A stretch of DNA of 64,000 bases from Octopus bimaculoides (GCF_001194135.2 NC_068983.1:108958872-109022871); one strand, 5' to 3'; shown: positions 1 through 12,853, numbered from the stretch's first letter. The notes: generated by a model not told the origin, from the sequence alone. Numbers and translations are program-made.

Positions 1-501
1 TAATCCCACTTTGTGGCATATGGTGCAAGTATCTACCATAGTATCAAGTTGATCTACAGAAACTTGACAAAAATTCTAGATGTAGTTGATCTGATAGGCA
101 AAATGCCCATCAGATTGATTACACCCAGAATTTAAAGGGCTGGCCCTTTCACAACCTGTATCACACTGATTCTGCTTGAAGATTACATTAAATATATGAG
201 TGTCTGGGAAATATATTCATCCACTTACAGTGAGTGAATTATTCTATTAACTGAATATCTGGAATACCCATTGTCGACAGTGATGGAAATTCCATTTATT
301 TAATTCAGACACATTTATACATACATATGCATACATGTATTCCCCAACATAGCCTGATATTTAAAAGGAAAAGAGATAGGAGTAGCAAAAGAGAATTAGA
401 AAATCCAAGATCATTTGAACAGATAAATTCATAGCAGTGTATTTTTAGCTGTCAACTCAACCTATATTCTAAAAAATTGTAATCCTCTTAAGATCAACGA
501 A

Positions 502-503
<2 letters not shown>

Positions 504-596
<93 letters not shown>
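504..596. repeat. (GT)n microsatellite
   Basis: Perfect GT dinucleotide run of about 92 bp. Confidence 0.98.
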
Positions 597-597
<1 letters not shown>

Positions 598-1339
598 TAT
601 AAGGAAAATTAAAATATACAAAATGTTTTATTGATTTGGAAATAAAACAAAATTAGCATATCTAAAATTAATTAATTAGTTCAAAATGGGTAGAAAATTA
701 GTAAACCTGGGCACATATTTTAAATTATTTTATCATCAATGCTCATAAATTTCATTTTATACTTGGCATTTGATCTGTTGATGTCATTTAACCTAAATGG
801 AAATGTTCAGTCATATCTTGAAAGCATTTTTCTATCCCTGACTGTGTGGCTATGAAGTATGCTTCCCAACAACATTGTTTTTGATTTTTCTTTTGCAGGT
901 ACCATGAGAAAGTGTTTTCTATCTTACATTGCATCAAGAAAAGTTTTATTAGAGGCATTTGGAAGACAGAAGCTATGTGAAAACCTATTGGAGGGAATGT
1001 TTCTTTTTTGGTAAGGTAGATTTAATCCATTGTCCAGATTAACAGGCACCATCAGAGAGGTTCCTCTGCTGCAAGTATTAGCACCAGGTCTCTCTGCACT
1101 GAGAATAACTTCCTTCATTTGCTTCATCATATATAAAGCCTGTAAGTGCTCTAAAACAATCTCCTGCCTTCTCCGACAAAATGCATGCATCACTAAAATT
1201 TGAGAACTACCCAACTGATTTCATTCAAATTTTACACATGCCAAGGTCCATGCAGTGTCATAGGCCAAAAAGATTTTCAACTTCTGGCCTAATGCAAGAC
1301 TGAAGCAATCTCTTATCTCTTACATTATTTCAGTATTGA

Positions 1340-1990
1340 TGTTTAAAGTAAAACAATAACATCTCTATTGCAATGTGAGATAATACTTTCAGTTTTAAAA
1401 TTCCTTTTCAAAGAGGGACAAAAATTCAAAATCAAATTTGACTTTACTTGTGCTTCAGAAAACCTGATTTACGTCATAAGATGCTTGGGCTGCCACCACA
1501 AGTACATAGGGTCCACAGGATTATCACTCGACAGCAGATTGCATTCCCAGAATACAGAATGATACCCTTTAGTGAACATATTGAGAAATGTGCAAAACAA
1601 ATGCTACCACAATTCGTAATCTTTCCATTCTATCAATGTGCCATTGGAACACCAGCACAAATTAGATTGAATAAAGAAACCTTCTTCATTGAAAAATATA
1701 AGCCAAAACTTAACCATTTCTAACATTTTTAAATAAGGAAACTCACCTCATTGAAAAAAATATAAAGCAAAACTTAACCACTTGTAACATTCTATTCCTT
1801 CTAAATCAAATCATGTTAAATTAATCAAACTTAATCATCCCCAACATTTTTGGTTACCTTCCTGATACCGGAAAACATCCTTGATTACCTTCCCCTATCT
1901 AGAACTCCATATTTTACACCATAGCAAAGACATGATATGTAAAGAAATTTGAGAAATTTGAAAAGTAAATACGAAACCGGTTATTTCTCC
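1340..1990 (+). mobile_element. 3' remnant of a Penelope-like retroelement: frameshifted GIY-YIG endonuclease, 3' UTR and hammerhead motif
   Basis: ORF 1368-1562 reads FKIKFDFTCASENLIYVIRCLGCHHKYIGSTGLSL..R, the FTC..N.IY.I.C..C...YIG.T pattern of PLE GIY-YIG domains. A frameshifted continuation (1448-1723) ends in RLNKETFFIEKYKPKLN (the R..KE..I....P.LN motif). An HHR-like motif follows at 1951. Confidence 0.85.
1951..1989 (+). ncRNA. Minimal type-I hammerhead ribozyme motif, U3-A8 core variant
   Basis: GAGAAAU-UUGAAAA-GU AAAU AC-GAAA-CCGG-UU-AUUUCUC: 7-bp stem I, 2-bp stem II, palindromic stem III (ACCGGU). Confidence 0.6.
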
Positions 1991-2109
1991 CAAAACAATG
2001 NNNNNNNNNNNNNNNNNNNNNNNNNNNNNNNNNNNNNNNNNNNNNNNNNNNNNNNNNNNNNNNNNNNNNNNNNNNNNNNNNNNNNNNNNNNNNNNNNNNN
2101 TTATATGCA

Positions 2110-2152
<43 letters not shown>

Positions 2153-2674
2153 GTTTCTCATATCAAAACTATTTCAAATAAATATAACATGCTTTCTCGT
2201 TGATATCACTTATGACAATGATAAAAAGATATTTGAGTACCTAGCAACTAGTATTTTAACTGGAAACATTTGAAGTAATTTTTCAAATGTTTACTCTCCA
2301 AAACAGATATTTAGTCATGCAATATTATCACAAATAAAAAAATATCTGGAGATTTAATATAAATGTAATACAAAATATAATTTTTTTTCCTGTAATACGT
2401 ATCATCATCATCATCAGTAGCAAATTATCATTATGATTATTATTCATAAATAAGGAAGTTGAAATGAAATGGTTAAAATAAATAAATTTATTGTATATAT
2501 TTTATATCTTGAAAATCATATATACATTTAGAATAAAATATTCCTTTGAACTTTAATTTTTTTTTATTCAGACAGAAAATGCTTAAAATTCAGATGTATT
2601 AAATAAACAGGAAAGTAAAATGTGATCCAACTTCTTTTACTTCTTGTAAATAATTCTTTTGTAATCCTCTTAAA

Positions 2675-2686
<12 letters not shown>

Positions 2687-2710
<24 letters not shown>

Positions 2711-2802
2711 TAATAATAATAATAATAATAATAGTACATCTCCAGTGTTAGAAGCTGTGCAAAGACAATAAACAATAAATAATAATAATAATAATAATAA
2801 TA
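2687..2802. repeat. (AAT)n microsatellite cluster
   Basis: Two AAT trinucleotide runs. Confidence 0.9.
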
Positions 2803-3187
2803 ATTGTTTGAAAATATTGTAAAAGATATTATCCAGTAAGCATATGCAATTATGTTCTAACTTACTTACTTGGACTTTAGAAAAGTATGTCATAGAAGTT
2901 TATTTCTTAAATATTAATCAAAAACCATTTGAAATTGAATCATACTACAAACTTTATGAAACACGAGAGTAAACTACAAATGTATGTACCAGTACTGTAA
3001 TATTCCATTTACTTTGCTAGCTAGATGGATTAGTTTTCATTTTGTCCTTAGTTTAATGAAGTAATCTGCTTACTTAAATTTAAACAAATAATTTCCTAAC
3101 TGTTTTTACTATCATAATTCTTTATTAATTTGTCCTTTTCTTTCTGAAACTGATGTAAGATGATATATGAAATAGCATTTAACTTAC

Positions 3188-3255
3188 CACATGATCCCTG
3201 ATTTTCCTTCTGTCTTTGTGTTCAGATGGTAGCTTGCTTAGTTTTCCCTGTTTAC
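3188..3255 (-). CDS. Candidate internal coding exon of an unidentified minus-strand gene (GKQGKLSKLPSEHKDRRKIRDHV)
   Basis: On the minus strand the acceptor is aaatttaattcaatttcag| and the donor is GTG|gtaagt. The 68-nt exon has an open frame (phase 1 in, phase 0 out) and higher GC than its flanks. The product is not recognised. Confidence 0.55.
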
Positions 3256-4974
3256 CTGAAATTGAATTAAATTTTGTATTTTTAATTAAATTATTAACAA
3301 ATATATATTCTACTATCCAAAGTTCAATACAGATATAAATGCATATAAACAAATTCATTTCCTGCAAGAGAAATAAAATTTCAATTTGATAATTTTATCC
3401 ATAAACTTTATATAGTTAATTACTATGTGCAAAAACATAGTTAATCAGTTGATATACTTTTAACAGCTATTTCAAAAGTCTCTTAATAGAAGGTGAGATA
3501 GAGATGTAAAAGTTAAAGTTAGGGGAATTTATGGAATATAGTAGGCTACTTGAGGGAACACTACTTTAGCTCCAGATATATTCTATTGGAATTAATTTTA
3601 CAAAGAGGTATATGTAATGTAAAATTGTTGCATTTTAATTTGATCAATTGAAATAACTTAATATACAAATAATTATAGTTTATGTATCTGTTTTATTGTA
3701 GCAATTCATTTCTGAATAACATTGGCCTCAATACATTTTTTTAGATGCATTCTTAACGGTATAACATTCATGACTTTAACATTTGCACACTGTTTTTGCA
3801 ACTACTGGAAGCATTCCTTATTGTTAATTGCTCTACTATGATAGAAATGTGGAATTCTTTATGGTAAGGTAAAACTGATTCAAAGACTATTATATAACAA
3901 GAACAGTGCTATAAGTAAAATTTCAATGTCAGTGGATTTGCATCTATCATTTGTTTGGGGTGGGAAGGATTCTGAGTTATGCAGAATGGAGATTTGACAA
4001 CATCAGCTTTTACAAGATGATTAAAATTATTTTAAAATATTCTTCTTCTCTTCATATGTAGAAATGAATGACAGCTTTTTAAGAATTTTTAAAATTATTT
4101 TCAAAGATCTGTTAGAAATCTAAATGCTAAGGTTAGACTAAGAATTTTAATTCTGAATATTTGATCAAGCAGCATTTAATTTTATAGAATTAAAGCTTCC
4201 TCAGAAACTGGACTCCTAAGAATAATTTGATATATTAGGTCTAGAGCTCTATCAATAATGGCTGAAATATGGTTATGCTGTTCAAACCACTGAAGTCAAG
4301 AAGAAAGGCTGCCAAAACAATAATAATGACATAACCATACACTTACAAGTAGGCAATAAATTGTGAATAATGGAAGTGTGAACAATATATTCTAAATAAG
4401 GATTGTTTGAGAGAAAATTGATGAGACTGGCGATACAATATCACAGAATATTAATGCTAATGGCTAAATTATAGGTATACAACATGATGGACACAAAAGA
4501 AGGCTTTCACATTCATTTACTGCTGAGTATAAGCAGAAAACCTTTGAGATATTAGAACAATTTTCTTTCCAATTCAGTGTGCTATCTGTTATGATATGTA
4601 GTTTATAATTTACTATAGATTTTATATTGTAATTGTATAAATCAGAGAAAATATAACAGCATTTTACTTTATTGCTTTCTCATATGTTCATTGGTAATAA
4701 GAGTTATCATTACATGACTCAGTCATTTGTTACATGTGCTAGCTGTACATTGGATCACGTTCGTTGTTCTGAGTTTCTTCATCTTCTATATTTACATTGT
4801 ACTTTCACATATGCAAAAGTTTAATTTAAGCATAAACTTCACAAAACCATTTATCTTGAACCACCCCTTGAAGAAATAAAGAAATACATAAAATGGCTAT
4901 GGACACTGCATCACCATCTAGGGTCAGTAATCAGGTGTATGTGTATATACATTTATTTATTTATACACACACAT

Positions 4975-5295
4975 GTGATTTAGTGGTTAGGGTATTTGGC
5001 TCATGGCTGTAAGGTTGTGAATTTGATATCTGGTGGTGCATTGTGTCCTTGAACAAGACACTTTATTTCACATTGCTTCAGTCAATTCAGCTGGCAAAAT
5101 GAAAGTAGTAACTCTCTTTCAAAGGGCCAGCCTTGTCATATTCTGTGTGATGCTGAATCTCCCTGAGAACTACTTTCAGGGTACTTGTATTTGTGGAGTA
5201 CTCAGCCACTTACCCACTTACACATTAATTTCAAGAGCAGGCTGCTTTGTTGAACAACTGGAAACTTTTTTGTCATAACTGATGGAGTGCCAGAA
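4975..5295 (+). mobile_element. tRNA-derived CORE-type SINE (degenerate)
   Basis: A-box-like tagtggttag, then CORE-like gcattgtgtccttgaacaagacactttatttcacattgct. Related copies occur near 17.1, 21.0, 52.9 and 54.1 kb. Confidence 0.7.
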
Positions 5296-5298
5296 GAA

Positions 5299-5338
<40 letters not shown>

Positions 5339-5461
5339 NNNNNNNNNNNNNNNNNNNNNNNNNNNNNNNNNNNNNNNNNNNNNNNNNNNNNNNNNNNNNN
5401 NNNNNNNNNNNNNNNNNNNNNNNNNNNNNNNNNNNNNNNNNNNNNNNNNNNNNATATATAT

Positions 5462-5670
5462 ACATACAGTCGCCATGATAGATCGGTGACCAAAACATTC
5501 AATTTTTTTTCTCCGTGTTTTTCTCCTTGTTTTCTCCGTATTCATTCTGTTGAAGAGTGTAGCTCAAAACGTTAAAGACTTTCTCTATTCCCGAGCGTTA
5601 AACTAATACATCCTTTTGTTGTTTACACCACCTGTCCTCGTCTGTTGTTTTTTTCATAAATTCTCCCATA
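5462..5670 (+). repeat. Interspersed repeat carrying a CUGUUGA hammerhead-like motif (copy 1)
   Basis: Homologous to the reverse complement of 7040-7230 (ctgttgaagag..gctc.aaac, ttcccgagc.ttaaa.taata, cacctgtc.tc). Confidence 0.75.
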
Positions 5671-5768
5671 TATATATGCTTATGTTTGTTTTTATTACGG
5701 TTAAATATAAAAACAATTTAAGGTTAAACTGAAGGATTAATCGATACTTTTTGGCAGAGTACATATCA

Positions 5769-5878
5769 ATTAACTTTTATAAGGAAGAGGCTAACAGTGA
5801 CTTCGAAACTTGAGCTGATGAAGATGAGTAAGCTAAAACTTCAAAGACACTATCAACTCTTTCCTTGTAAAAGTTAAT
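5769..5878. repeat. Imperfect long inverted repeat (MITE-like hairpin)
   Basis: attaacttttataaggaagag... pairs with ...ctctttccttgtaaaagttaat. The arms are about 40 bp and imperfect. Confidence 0.65.
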
Positions 5879-5929
5879 AATAAATAGATAAGTAAATATA
5901 TACATATATAAGTGAAGGGAACAAGAATT

Positions 5930-6180
5930 ATATAATCAACTTCATTTGCATGTTTATTCGAGTTGAAGTAGAATGTTCTCTATGTGGCTTGTGTGTTTTC
6001 TCGTCTCTGTTTTGTTTGCAATGTCCTGTACCCAGATATGCACCTATACATACAGGTGGATGTCGGTATGTACATACCTGTACGTATATATGCATATACT
6101 TATTTACTATTTGTTTTTACATGATTGAATGCAGCGTCTCCAATTGTAAGTAGTTTTTCGTAACTTCATATTTTCCGATG
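5930..6180 (+). repeat. Interspersed repeat, homologous to the reverse complement of 23285-23480
   Basis: Shared ttgcaatgtcctgtacccagatatgcacctata and atacctgtacgta segments. Confidence 0.8.
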
Positions 6181-6959
6181 CTACTCTATCTCCTTCTCTT
6201 TCTCTTCCTCTATCATATTTCCCCCTCTCGTTCTTCCTCTGTTACTACTACGTATCTCTTTTTTCCCCCTCGTACTTCCTCTCTTTCTCTTTTCCTCTCG
6301 TTGCTCACCTATTCTTCTNNNNNNNNNNNNNNNNNNNNNNNNNNNNNNNNNNNNNNNNNNNNNNNNNNNNNNNNNNNNNNNNNNNNNNNNNNNNNNNNNN
6401 NNNNNNNNNNNNNNNNNNNNNNNNNNNNNNNNNNNNNNNNNNNNNNNNNNNNNNNNNNNNNNNNNNNNNNNNNNNNNNNNNNNNNNNNNNNNNNNNNNNN
6501 NNNNNNNNNNNNNNNNNNNNNNNNNNNNNNNNNNNNNNNNNNNNNNNNNNNNNNNNNNNNNNNNNNNNNNNNNNNNNNNNNNNNNNNNNNNNNNNNNNNN
6601 NNNNNNNNNNNNNNNNNNNNNNNNNNNNNNNNNNNNNNNNNNNNNNNNNNNNNNNNNNNNNNNNNNNNNNNNNNNNNNNNNNNNNNNNNNNNNNNNNNNN
6701 NNNNNNNNNNNNNNNNNNNNNNNNNNNNNNNNNNNNNNNNNNNNNNNNNNNNNNNNNNNNNNNNNNNNNNNNNNNNNNNNNNNNNNNNNNNNNNNNNNNN
6801 NNNNNNNNNNNNNNNNNNNNNNNNNNNNNNNNNNNNNNNNNNNNNNNNNNNNNNNNNNNNNNNNNNNNNNNNNNNNNNNNNNNNNNNNNNNNNNNNNNNN
6901 NNNNNNNNNNNNNNNNNNACATACCTGTACGTATATATGCATATACTTATTTACTATTT

Positions 6960-6995
<36 letters not shown>

Positions 6996-7003
6996 ATCTA
7001 TAT

Positions 7004-7038
<35 letters not shown>

Positions 7039-7039
7039 A

Positions 7040-7230
7040 TTCAAATTTGCAGAAAACAAAAGATGAAGACAGGTGAAAGAATAACAAGCGGGTTTATTAA
7101 TTTAATGCTCGGGAAAAATGGAAAAGTATTTGATGTTTCGAGCCTATGCTCTTCAACAGAAATGACTGAGAGGGGAAAAAAACACAGAGAGAGAATGAAA
7201 AAACAGAGTGAGGTAATATTTGTGTAGGGA
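7040..7230 (-). repeat. Interspersed repeat carrying a CUGUUGA hammerhead-like motif (copy 2; motif at 7128-7163)
   Basis: The minus strand reads AUUU-CUGUUGA-A-GAGC AUAG GCUC-GAAA-C-AUC-AAAU. Confidence 0.75.
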
Positions 7231-8004
7231 CTAATAGTTCGACATGATGAAATGGCCAGAAGAAAGAGGCTGAGTGAAAGGGACATAATAACAGCGTGTA
7301 CGGGAGCATGTGTGTGTGTGTGTTTGTGTATGTGTTCAAGTAACCTAGTGCATGCATTGTGTGGAGTAATGTGCGTTTCATGTATTTGTGTTTGTGTGTG
7401 TGTATATATATGTGTATGTGTGTGGGTATATATGTGTGTGTGTATGTATGTGTATATATATGTGAGCGTATATGTATACACACACACACATGGGTGAATA
7501 ATGAATCCATATATAAATTACTATTCATAAGCATTCATAGAAAATACAGAGAATATCATCATAATCATTCTTTAACATCCATTTTCCATGCTGGCATGTG
7601 TTGGACATATATCTGAATATGTATGTTAATACGTATTCAAATATGTGCACATGACTAACCAGCAGAACCTAGGCATAGGAAGAAAGTAAAAATACGAAGG
7701 AGACAGAAAGTGAGAGAATCTAAGTTATTGTGATAAGCTTTAAAAAGAGAATGAAATGGCGTGATGATGTTGTAAATCTGGCCTTTTTGTCTCTAGCTTG
7801 ATTGACAACAAATAGGCTCGTGCAATAGCAAGCATATAGTTATATATATGGATCACAACACATGTATACACATACACAGAAAGTATGTATGTATAAAACA
7901 TACAGTTATATACATGCCTACACAGATATATAGCCCCCACACACATATATATATACATATATACAAACACACATATACATAGATACAGATAGACGTATAG
8001 AGAC

Positions 8005-8056
<52 letters not shown>

Positions 8057-10436
8057 NNNNNNNNNNATATAGACACACACACACACACAAACAATTACAA
8101 AAACATACACACATATATATACCTACATATAGAAATATATACATATATATGGACAAAAACTCACACAAATATGTAAACAATTCACATACACACACACATA
8201 CATAAATAACTGAAGGAAACACGAGCTTACACATGCAGGTATAGAACTTACAAAAACGCTTTAATTGTATATCTATATGCTCATGGATAGTGACATATAA
8301 CGATGATAGTAATATATACACATATAGTTTTATCAGACATATACAACAATGTACACATGTATATACATAAGTACAGTTATATATACATACGCACTCACGC
8401 ATAGACATATAAGATGATGCACAAGCACCCATCTCTGAGTTTACTGCATCCTATAGCAGAAACAATTGTAAGCTGATGGAGGTGTTTATGTAATTCCTGT
8501 TCCTTTTTCATTTGTTTAATTTCATATCATACTCTATACCTGCTTAATGCTTTACTCTGAAGTATATGCGTACTGAATTGTAACACTAGGTTATTAGTAT
8601 TACTCTGCCTATTTGAAATCTTAAAATATATTTATATAGGATGTGGCTTCAGATTGATTTGTTTGATGAAAACCTTTGAGGTGGTGCCCAAGCAGGACCA
8701 CAGTGCAATGACTGAAACAAGTAAAAGATAGAAGATATATATATATATATATATTGTCAATACTTGCATATTAAGAAAGTATGCAACTGCTATTTATTTC
8801 ATTAAAAAATACCCATTCACTTAACATTTTGTCTGTGTGTTCTAACATGTGTTACTATAACCATAAAGCAATAGATTCTATTGCTTTGTTTTGCATTTAG
8901 CTATCAGACATAAATTTTCATGCTTACCATTCCATCTTAAATATTATCACCATGAACACAACTGAACAGACATTTCACAAAATTTTATTGATAATCACAT
9001 GTATTATTTGAATGATGTGAGATTGTATGAAAAATATACTGCAAGCATCAAGCTATTTGTTAATATTCTTATTCCTGAAATATTACATAGACACCACACC
9101 AGTCCTGAAATATAACAATTCGTAATCCTTTTAGTCTACCAATGTCAGGGGAATTAACTCAGCTTTTCTAAAACAATCATTCATAATTTCTTGTGCATGT
9201 CAGTATATAACTTTGAAAGAAAAAAAAATAACACAAAGCTATACTAGCAATGTTAATTTCAAGAGATTAAAATAGGATCTTTTTCTTTTCTTTCTTATTT
9301 GTATGTATTTAAAAAAAAAAAAAGACTTTAAAAAAATGTTGCAAAAATTAAGTCAACAAGTGTATAAAATGATAAGGTATAAATGTAATAATTTCAACTT
9401 CTCACATTCAAATAACCAGTATTCTTTTCAGAATCACATCATTTTAAAATGTAATTAAGGGATCAAAATGAACAATATATATTAATAACTCAGAAAAAAA
9501 AAAAAAATGCAGTCATATCAAAAGTCTTAATCTTAAATTCCTTCTATTTTCTATGGTTCATATTTGGTTTGGTAAATGGTTTAGCAGCTTTCTGGCCATG
9601 TCTAGGCTTTGTTTTCAAAGATATAGACTGTTATATTCACCCTAGCATTTGGCCACACTCATTTTATTAACTAAAGAAGGAAAAAAGACAAAGATAACCA
9701 GGATGAGATATGATTTCAGAATGTAGAAAGACCACAAAAAATTTTAGAGATTATTAATGTATCATCTACCAAACTATAAACGAGTTTTTTTGCATATATT
9801 ATCTCAAAAACTTCTATGACACAATGTAAATCAAAAGATTTTATGCTGCTGCCACCACCGCTGCCGCTGCCACCACCATCACCATCACTACTGCCACCAC
9901 TACAACTGACAACGATGACAACCATATCATCATCACCATTGCATCCACTTTTTTATGCTAGCACCCATTGTGCAACACTATATGGTACTATATTCCATGC
10001 TTGGGTACCTTCCCTGATGTCTGATCTTTAGGTATTTCTTACAACTAAAATATATGAAATAATTCATATATTTTAATTGTATGGTTAGTTGTAACACTAA
10101 ATAGAGACGAAAAAAAAATAATAATAAGTGAATACTAGGAATTAAAGTAAATTTCAGATAATACAAGCCATAGTGTTTAATATCAAATTAACATAGCTCA
10201 TAATTACTTTGCAAAACCTTATTCATTTTTATGTCAGATTTGATAAGGAATGGGTAATAACACACACACACACACATACACACACATGCACATACGCGCA
10301 TGCGCACACACACACATACACACAATACACATGCACACACTCATAAATTAAAAAGGCAAAGCAAGTTTAAGCCATCCCTATCATGTGACCTTATAAGAAT
10401 TGATAAATTATGTTTGTTTATTTCATTAACATGAAC

Positions 10437-10905
10437 ACAGGTATAAGTGTGTAGTAAGAAGTTTGCTTCCCAACTACATGATTTCAGGTTCAGTCCCAGT
10501 GTGTGTCACATTGGATAAGTGTCTTCAACTATAACCCTGGGCTGGCAAAAGCCTTGTGAACGGATTTGGTAGACAGAAACTGAAAGAAGCCCATTGTGCA
10601 TATGTGTGTGTGTGTGTGCATGCATGTGTGTGTGTATATGTGTATGCATGTGTGTGTGTGTATATGTGTATGCATGTGTGTGTGTGTGTGTGTTTTTATG
10701 CCTATGTTTGTCCTCCACCATCACTTGACAACTGGTACTGTTGTGCTTGCATGCTCATTCCGTAGTGGTTTGGTAAAAAAGACTGGCTGAATAAATACCA
10801 AGATTTTAAAAAGAAGTACTGGGATCAGTTTGTTCGACTAAAGTCCTTCAGTCCGTCCAAAGTCTGACAACTATCTAATGACTGAAACAAATCAAGGATA
10901 AAAGA
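10437..10905 (+). mobile_element. Bipartite tRNA-derived SINE with internal (TG/TA)n microsatellite
   Basis: B-box-like ggttcagtccca, the family signature ggatttggtagacagaaactgaaagaagccc, and the 3' half ending gactgaaacaa. Confidence 0.85.
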
Positions 10906-11619
10906 TAACAATAAATTTAACCATATCTAAGTGTGTCTGTGTCTGTGAGTAATGGATTTATTTCCCATTCTGTTTATAATATATATTATGAAATTAATTT
11001 TATGCTTCCCTTGATTAATCAGTGGCTTTCTTCACTTCTGCAAACCAAATTTAACTGATGGATTTTTTTATCTCAGTCATCTTTTGTCAGTGTTTGAAAA
11101 CAAGTCATCATGCTTAAATTAGCTGATTAACCATCATGCAGACACACATGTGCATGTGCACGTACACACACAAACACAGCTGTACCAAAAATCAAATTTG
11201 TGAGTCAAATAGGAAAACACTGAAAGTAAATGCAATGCTTCAAACTCACTACACTGATTGGAGTGCAAAGTAATTCATGTTTACTTTTCACTTTAGCTCA
11301 CCAAAATACACAAAATTTTTCATTGTCTCACAGTAGTTCATGCTAACTTTGATATTGGTTAATTATTTGCTAGACATGATATTATTGTCATCAAATTGTA
11401 CAGCACTTGAAAAGTACCACCCAGTTATTCAAAACAGTGCAATATACTATAATTGTCAAATAAAACAAAATGATACAATATGCTCCAATACAATAATATG
11501 GTTATATTGAAGGACAGATACAAAATTCGTTTTATTAAAAACGTCAGACACCAAACATGCGTATTGAATATAAAATGTAAAGTGAAAAGCACAATGTAAA
11601 AATCAAGTTACAATGTTCA

Positions 11620-12200
11620 GAGATCTGAGTACAAGATTTTGGCAAAGGTAGCATTGAAATTCTAAGATGTATAATTCCAGAGTGCATGTGTTAATAAGTC
11701 ATTTCAATGGTAATAACTTATGCACAAAATCTACCTCACAAGATCTGATAAATCAAGGCTTTTACAACAGCAAGAATAACAACAACAATAATAATAAGAG
11801 ACCCTAAGGTAAACTGCAAATATTTAGATGCGTGTGAAGGAGATGGCATCCACCATCCACAAACATATGGGAAAATATGGAAATCATGCAAACTTAAAGC
11901 AAGGAACAGGACTGATACCATCAAGTGATATCTGCTGAGACCTACAGCTTTAATATCATAAAATGGTCAGCAATGAGATAAGTAAAATTGTCAAAAATAT
12001 AAATGTTTCTTGCAATGCATTGCATGTTTCACCAAAAGCAGATGTAGACACACTATATATATCCTGCAAAAGGGTGACAGACATGGACTGATGTAGCTGC
12101 AACTGTCTCTAAATATAGCAACTATAGGGTTAGCTACTTATCTAAAGAAAACTGATGACTGGATGCTTGAACTTGTTTGCAAGCATGAAATTACCAAAAG
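11620..12200 (+). mobile_element. Degenerate R4/Dong-like non-LTR retrotransposon fragment (RT C-terminal region)
   Basis: Frameshifted ...TYSFNIIKW... and H-KADVDTLY...G-GL, matching the HPKADxDRLYxPRxxGGRGL motif of RLE-type LINEs. Confidence 0.55.
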
Positions 12201-12339
12201 AATATACTGAGTAAGGTGAAAGAAAAAACCCACTGTGAAACGAAAACAAATAAATACAAACTAAGAATGTAAAGACAGACAAAGTGTTGCCTGTTAAGCA
12301 TTTTGTCCAGTGTGTTAATAATGATTCTGTCTTTATAAT

Positions 12340-12806
12340 AATAATAATAATAATAATAAATGTAATAAATGCCCTGATGCAGTACTAGGCACTGGCTCTC
12401 ATGGTTTCTGATCTTAATTGATTGGAAGTGCTATCATGTACATATTTTGTCTTGGTATAAAAGATGGGCTACAGCAAATATTCTGCTCAATACCACAGAT
12501 TTGCTTGTCAGTTGTTTGACCATAACCAGTTGAGCATGTCCCCTGGTGGTTGACAACCCTTATTCAAGGACCTTTTGAGCAGGATGGGCTACTCGACCTA
12601 GAGATAATTCTAACAGGGCCCCACCTGCAAGGCCATGCGCTGTTTATATTGATATGAGATTCACTATGCTGCGCACATATAATGGTGATGCATGTGCCTG
12701 GTGTACACTTATCAAACGAGTAGTCATGATGGGTATATTGGGTTTCGTATATTTTACCCAAGTGTCACATTGATGGCATGCACTGATCTCTAACTCAACA
12801 ACAACA

Positions 12807-12850
<44 letters not shown>
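12340..12850. repeat. Two adjacent interspersed repeats bounded by (AAT)n tails
   Basis: GC-richer blocks between AAT runs, consistent with retroposon 3' ends. Family not assigned. Confidence 0.45.

Positions 12851-12853
<3 letters not shown>

Noticed and set aside
924-1214. 96-aa minus-strand ORF ending at a GTAAG donor-like site; a Kunitz-like C-x8-C...FIYD stretch in another frame; and a plus-strand acceptor/donor pair at 898/1011
   Set aside because: The readings conflict. The Kunitz pattern lacks the later cysteines and ends in a stop, the minus-strand acceptor is weak, and parts resemble a decayed RTE C-terminus. It cannot be assigned without RNA-seq or a homology search.
3840-4500. 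Faint resemblance to a Helitron PIF1-like helicase (GxGKT-like and SGFAS..GG-like stretches)
   Set aside because: Too many stops and frameshifts, and the motifs are not convincing by eye. It needs a tBLASTn or HMM hit.
6079-6960. A ~42-bp sequence at 6079-6120 repeated at 6919-6960 across an N gap
   Set aside because: Likely a scaffolding overlap or collapsed tandem repeat at a gap edge; not interpretable.
12150-12195. CUGAUGA...AUGCUUG/CAAGCAU-GAAA hammerhead-like string
   Set aside because: No stem I or III and no NUH site. It lies in LINE coding sequence, so it is a chance match.
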